From an uncultured Bacilli bacterium (GTDB taxonomy: Bacteria; Bacillota_I; Bacilli_A; RF39; UBA660): DNA of 44,621 bases. The notes beneath the pieces were generated by a model. It made no database searches. It saw nothing but the letters and a program-made list of their open reading frames with translations, and was not told the origin of the DNA. The translations under genes and the position numbers were made by a program. The stretch covers positions 1 through 44,621 of the forward strand of contig CALVVJ010000003.1 of NCBI GenBank assembly GCA_944363835.1. The letters are read 5' to 3'. This document shows positions 42,548 to 44,621 of this stretch, piece after piece (position 1 is the first letter of the stretch; every line of letters begins with the position of its first letter).

Positions 42548-43764
42548 CTAATTCTTCTCTAAATTTTCAATAGCTTTTAATATACCAATCTTACCATACT
42601 CATATGTAAGACTCCCCTGTAAATAAGCGACATATGGTGGACGTATTGGCCCATCACAAGATAATTCAATTGATGATCCTTGCGTAAATGAACCAGATGC
42701 CATGATAATTTTATCATCATATCCGGGCATATCTGATGGTTCTGCTAAGGCATTAGCATCAATTGCACTACCTTTTTGAATGCCTTGAACAAATTTAATT
42801 AATTTATCCGGATTATTAAAAGTAATTGTTTGGACAATATCAGCTCTTTCTTCATTCCACTTTGGACTTACTTCATAACCTAATTGTTCAAGTAAAAATG
42901 ATGCTAGAACTACTGTTTTTAAACTATTTGCCACAACTGAGGGAGCCATATAAAGACCTTGAAAAAAACTTTTGTTAGCTCCAAGAGAGGGACCAACTTC
43001 TTTGGCCTCACCTGCCACATTTAATCTTTCGCTACATAGATGAATTAAATCTTTTCTTCCAACGATATAAGCTCCATTCGAAGCAATACCTCCCCCTAAA
43101 TTTTTAATAAGAGAGCCTACACAAATATCAGCCCCAACTTCTATTGGTTCTTTTGTAGATACAAACTCACAATAACAATTATCTACCATAATAATTACAT
43201 CACTATTTACTTCTCTTAATAATTTAATTACTTTTTCTAACTTTTCTATGCTAATACTTTTTCTTAAAGAATAACCAATAGATCGTTGTATTTCTATTAC
43301 TTTAATATCCTTTTTAATAACTCTTTCCTTAATTAATTCATAATTAAAATCATTATCGTTTAAATCAATTTGTTCATAATTAATACCAAATGCTTTTAAA
43401 CTACTAGCATTATCATTAAAGCCAATTACTGAATCTAGGGTATCATATGGTTTACCAGTAATAGATAAAAGAACATCCCCAGGTCTTAAAAGAGCAAAAA
43501 AAGTAGTACTTAAAGCATGAGTTCCTGAAATAAATTGATTTCTTACTAATGCATCTTCGGCCTTAAATATATGGGCATACACTCTTTCTAAAGTATCTCT
43601 TCCAATATCCCCATAACCATAACCCGTTGTCATATTAAAATGTGTTTAATTTAAATTTTCAGACCAAACAGCATCTAGTATTTTTTACTATTAAAATAAG
43701 CTACTTCATCTATTTTTTTTAGCATTGGTTCAATAACTTTTTCTGCTTCACTTAAATCAAACAC
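42548..43764 (-). pseudogene. PLP-dependent methionine gamma-lyase-family / aluminium-resistance protein (YnbB-like) with a disrupted 5' end
   Basis: TTGYGY.D.GRD.LE, SGTHA, DNCY.EF, GSLIKN.GGG; the N-terminus from GTG 43764 has a frameshift in an A tract (~43681-86) and an in-frame TAA near 43647. Confidence 0.8.
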
Positions 43765-44488
43765 TCTTACCACCATCCACTCTAATTACTGTATCGTTTA
43801 TGTAACTTGCATCATCACTTGCTAAAAAATAGACAACTTTAGCAATTTCCTCTGGATCTGCAAATCTTTTTAAAAGTATTTTATCTTCTTCCTTACTTCT
43901 AAAGTCTGGATTTAATTCCCTAGTCATATCGGTATTAATCCACCCCGGAGCCACAGCATTAACCCTTATATCTGGAGCTAACACTTTAGCAAAGTCATGT
44001 GTTAAAGCAATAACTCCTGCTTTAGATGCATCATAATCAATCGACTCAATATAACCAGTATCAATACCATTAGTACTAGAAACATTGATGATTGCTCCCT
44101 TATCAAATAAATCTAGAGAATATTTTGTCACCAAATAAGTTCCCACTAAATTGACATCTAAAACACTTCTAAATTCTCTAGCATCTTTACTTATTAAATC
44201 ATTATCTAAAGCAATACTAGCATTATTAACTAATACACCTATTTTAGAAGAAAAATCAATTACTTTTTGAAACATATTTTTTACTTCATTTTCTAAAGAT
44301 ATATCAGCCCTAACCAATAATACATCAATATTAAAACTACTTTCTAACTCATCTTTTAGCTTCTTTGCTAAAATACTAGATTCTTTATAATTGATAATAA
44401 CATCATAACCATTCTTTGCAAAAATTCTTGCAATACTTGCCCCAAGACCTCTGGCCCCACCAGTAACTAAAACTGTCTTTTTCATCAA
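43757..44488 (-). CDS. Short-chain dehydrogenase/reductase (FabG-like)
   Basis: TGGARGLG, NNA, YxxSK (YDASK), VAPG.I.T.M, VDGG. Confidence 0.93.
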   Translation of the reverse strand: MMKKTVLVTGGARGLGASIARIFAKNGYDVIINYKESSILAKKLKDELESSFNIDVLLVRADISLENEVKNMFQKVIDFSSKIGVLVNNASIALDNDLISKDAREFRSVLDVNLVGTYLVTKYSLDLFDKGAIINVSSTNGIDTGYIESIDYDASKAGVIALTHDFAKVLAPDIRVNAVAPGWINTDMTRELNPDFRSKEEDKILLKRFADPEEIAKVVYFLASDDASYINDTVIRVDGGKSV

Positions 44489-44541
44489 ACCACCATCAAT
44501 AATATAACATTTTTTAAATTCAAAAAAAAGAATAACTTTCG

Positions 44542-44619
44542 TTATTCACTAATAATTACACCATTTTCATCAAATCGATAATGGGGAATTTGAAATTCAT
44601 CTTTTTTTGGCTCTTCTTT
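44542..44619 (-). CDS. 3' end of a gene running off the window
   Basis: Open frame KEEPKKDEFQIPHYRFDENGVIISE* followed by hairpin gaataac-tttc-gttattc and a U run. Confidence 0.5.
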   Translation of the reverse strand, partial: KEEPKKDEFQIPHYRFDENGVIISE

Positions 44620-44621
44620 TA

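Overview
A low-GC (roughly 25-30% by eye) chromosomal segment, almost all on the minus strand, from a Bacillota/Bacilli-type bacterium using the standard code. The gene set resembles uncultured gut RF39-type Bacilli, which is inference only. The housekeeping backbone comprises mutS, ppdK, ruvA, obgE, trmB, rplU-prp-rpmA with an L21 leader, spoIVFA/FB-like, mreCD, recD2, mtaB, and hrcA-grpE-dnaK-(tldD-pmbA)-dnaJ with CIRCE. Three accessory themes stand out. (1) Three dispersed paralogous surface-protein genes end in equal-length 99-nt, ~58% GC blocks with the codon signature of diversity-generating-retroelement (DGR) variable regions. No reverse transcriptase or template repeat is visible in the window, and the blocks appear to need more than one template. 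A fourth paralog lacks the block. (2) A nested defence locus holds an intact CptIN type III toxin-antitoxin with 49-nt pseudoknot repeats, plus an intact AbiF/Abi_2 HEPN toxin with a covarying 39-nt RNA hairpin on both sides. The AbiF cassette is bounded by 151-bp direct repeats inside a broken Rpn-family gene. (3) An AbiE plus DinJ-YafQ cluster has both toxins frameshifted and an unexplained structured non-coding transcript between them. No rRNA, tRNA or CRISPR array was seen. All family calls come from motif recognition; no database searches were run.
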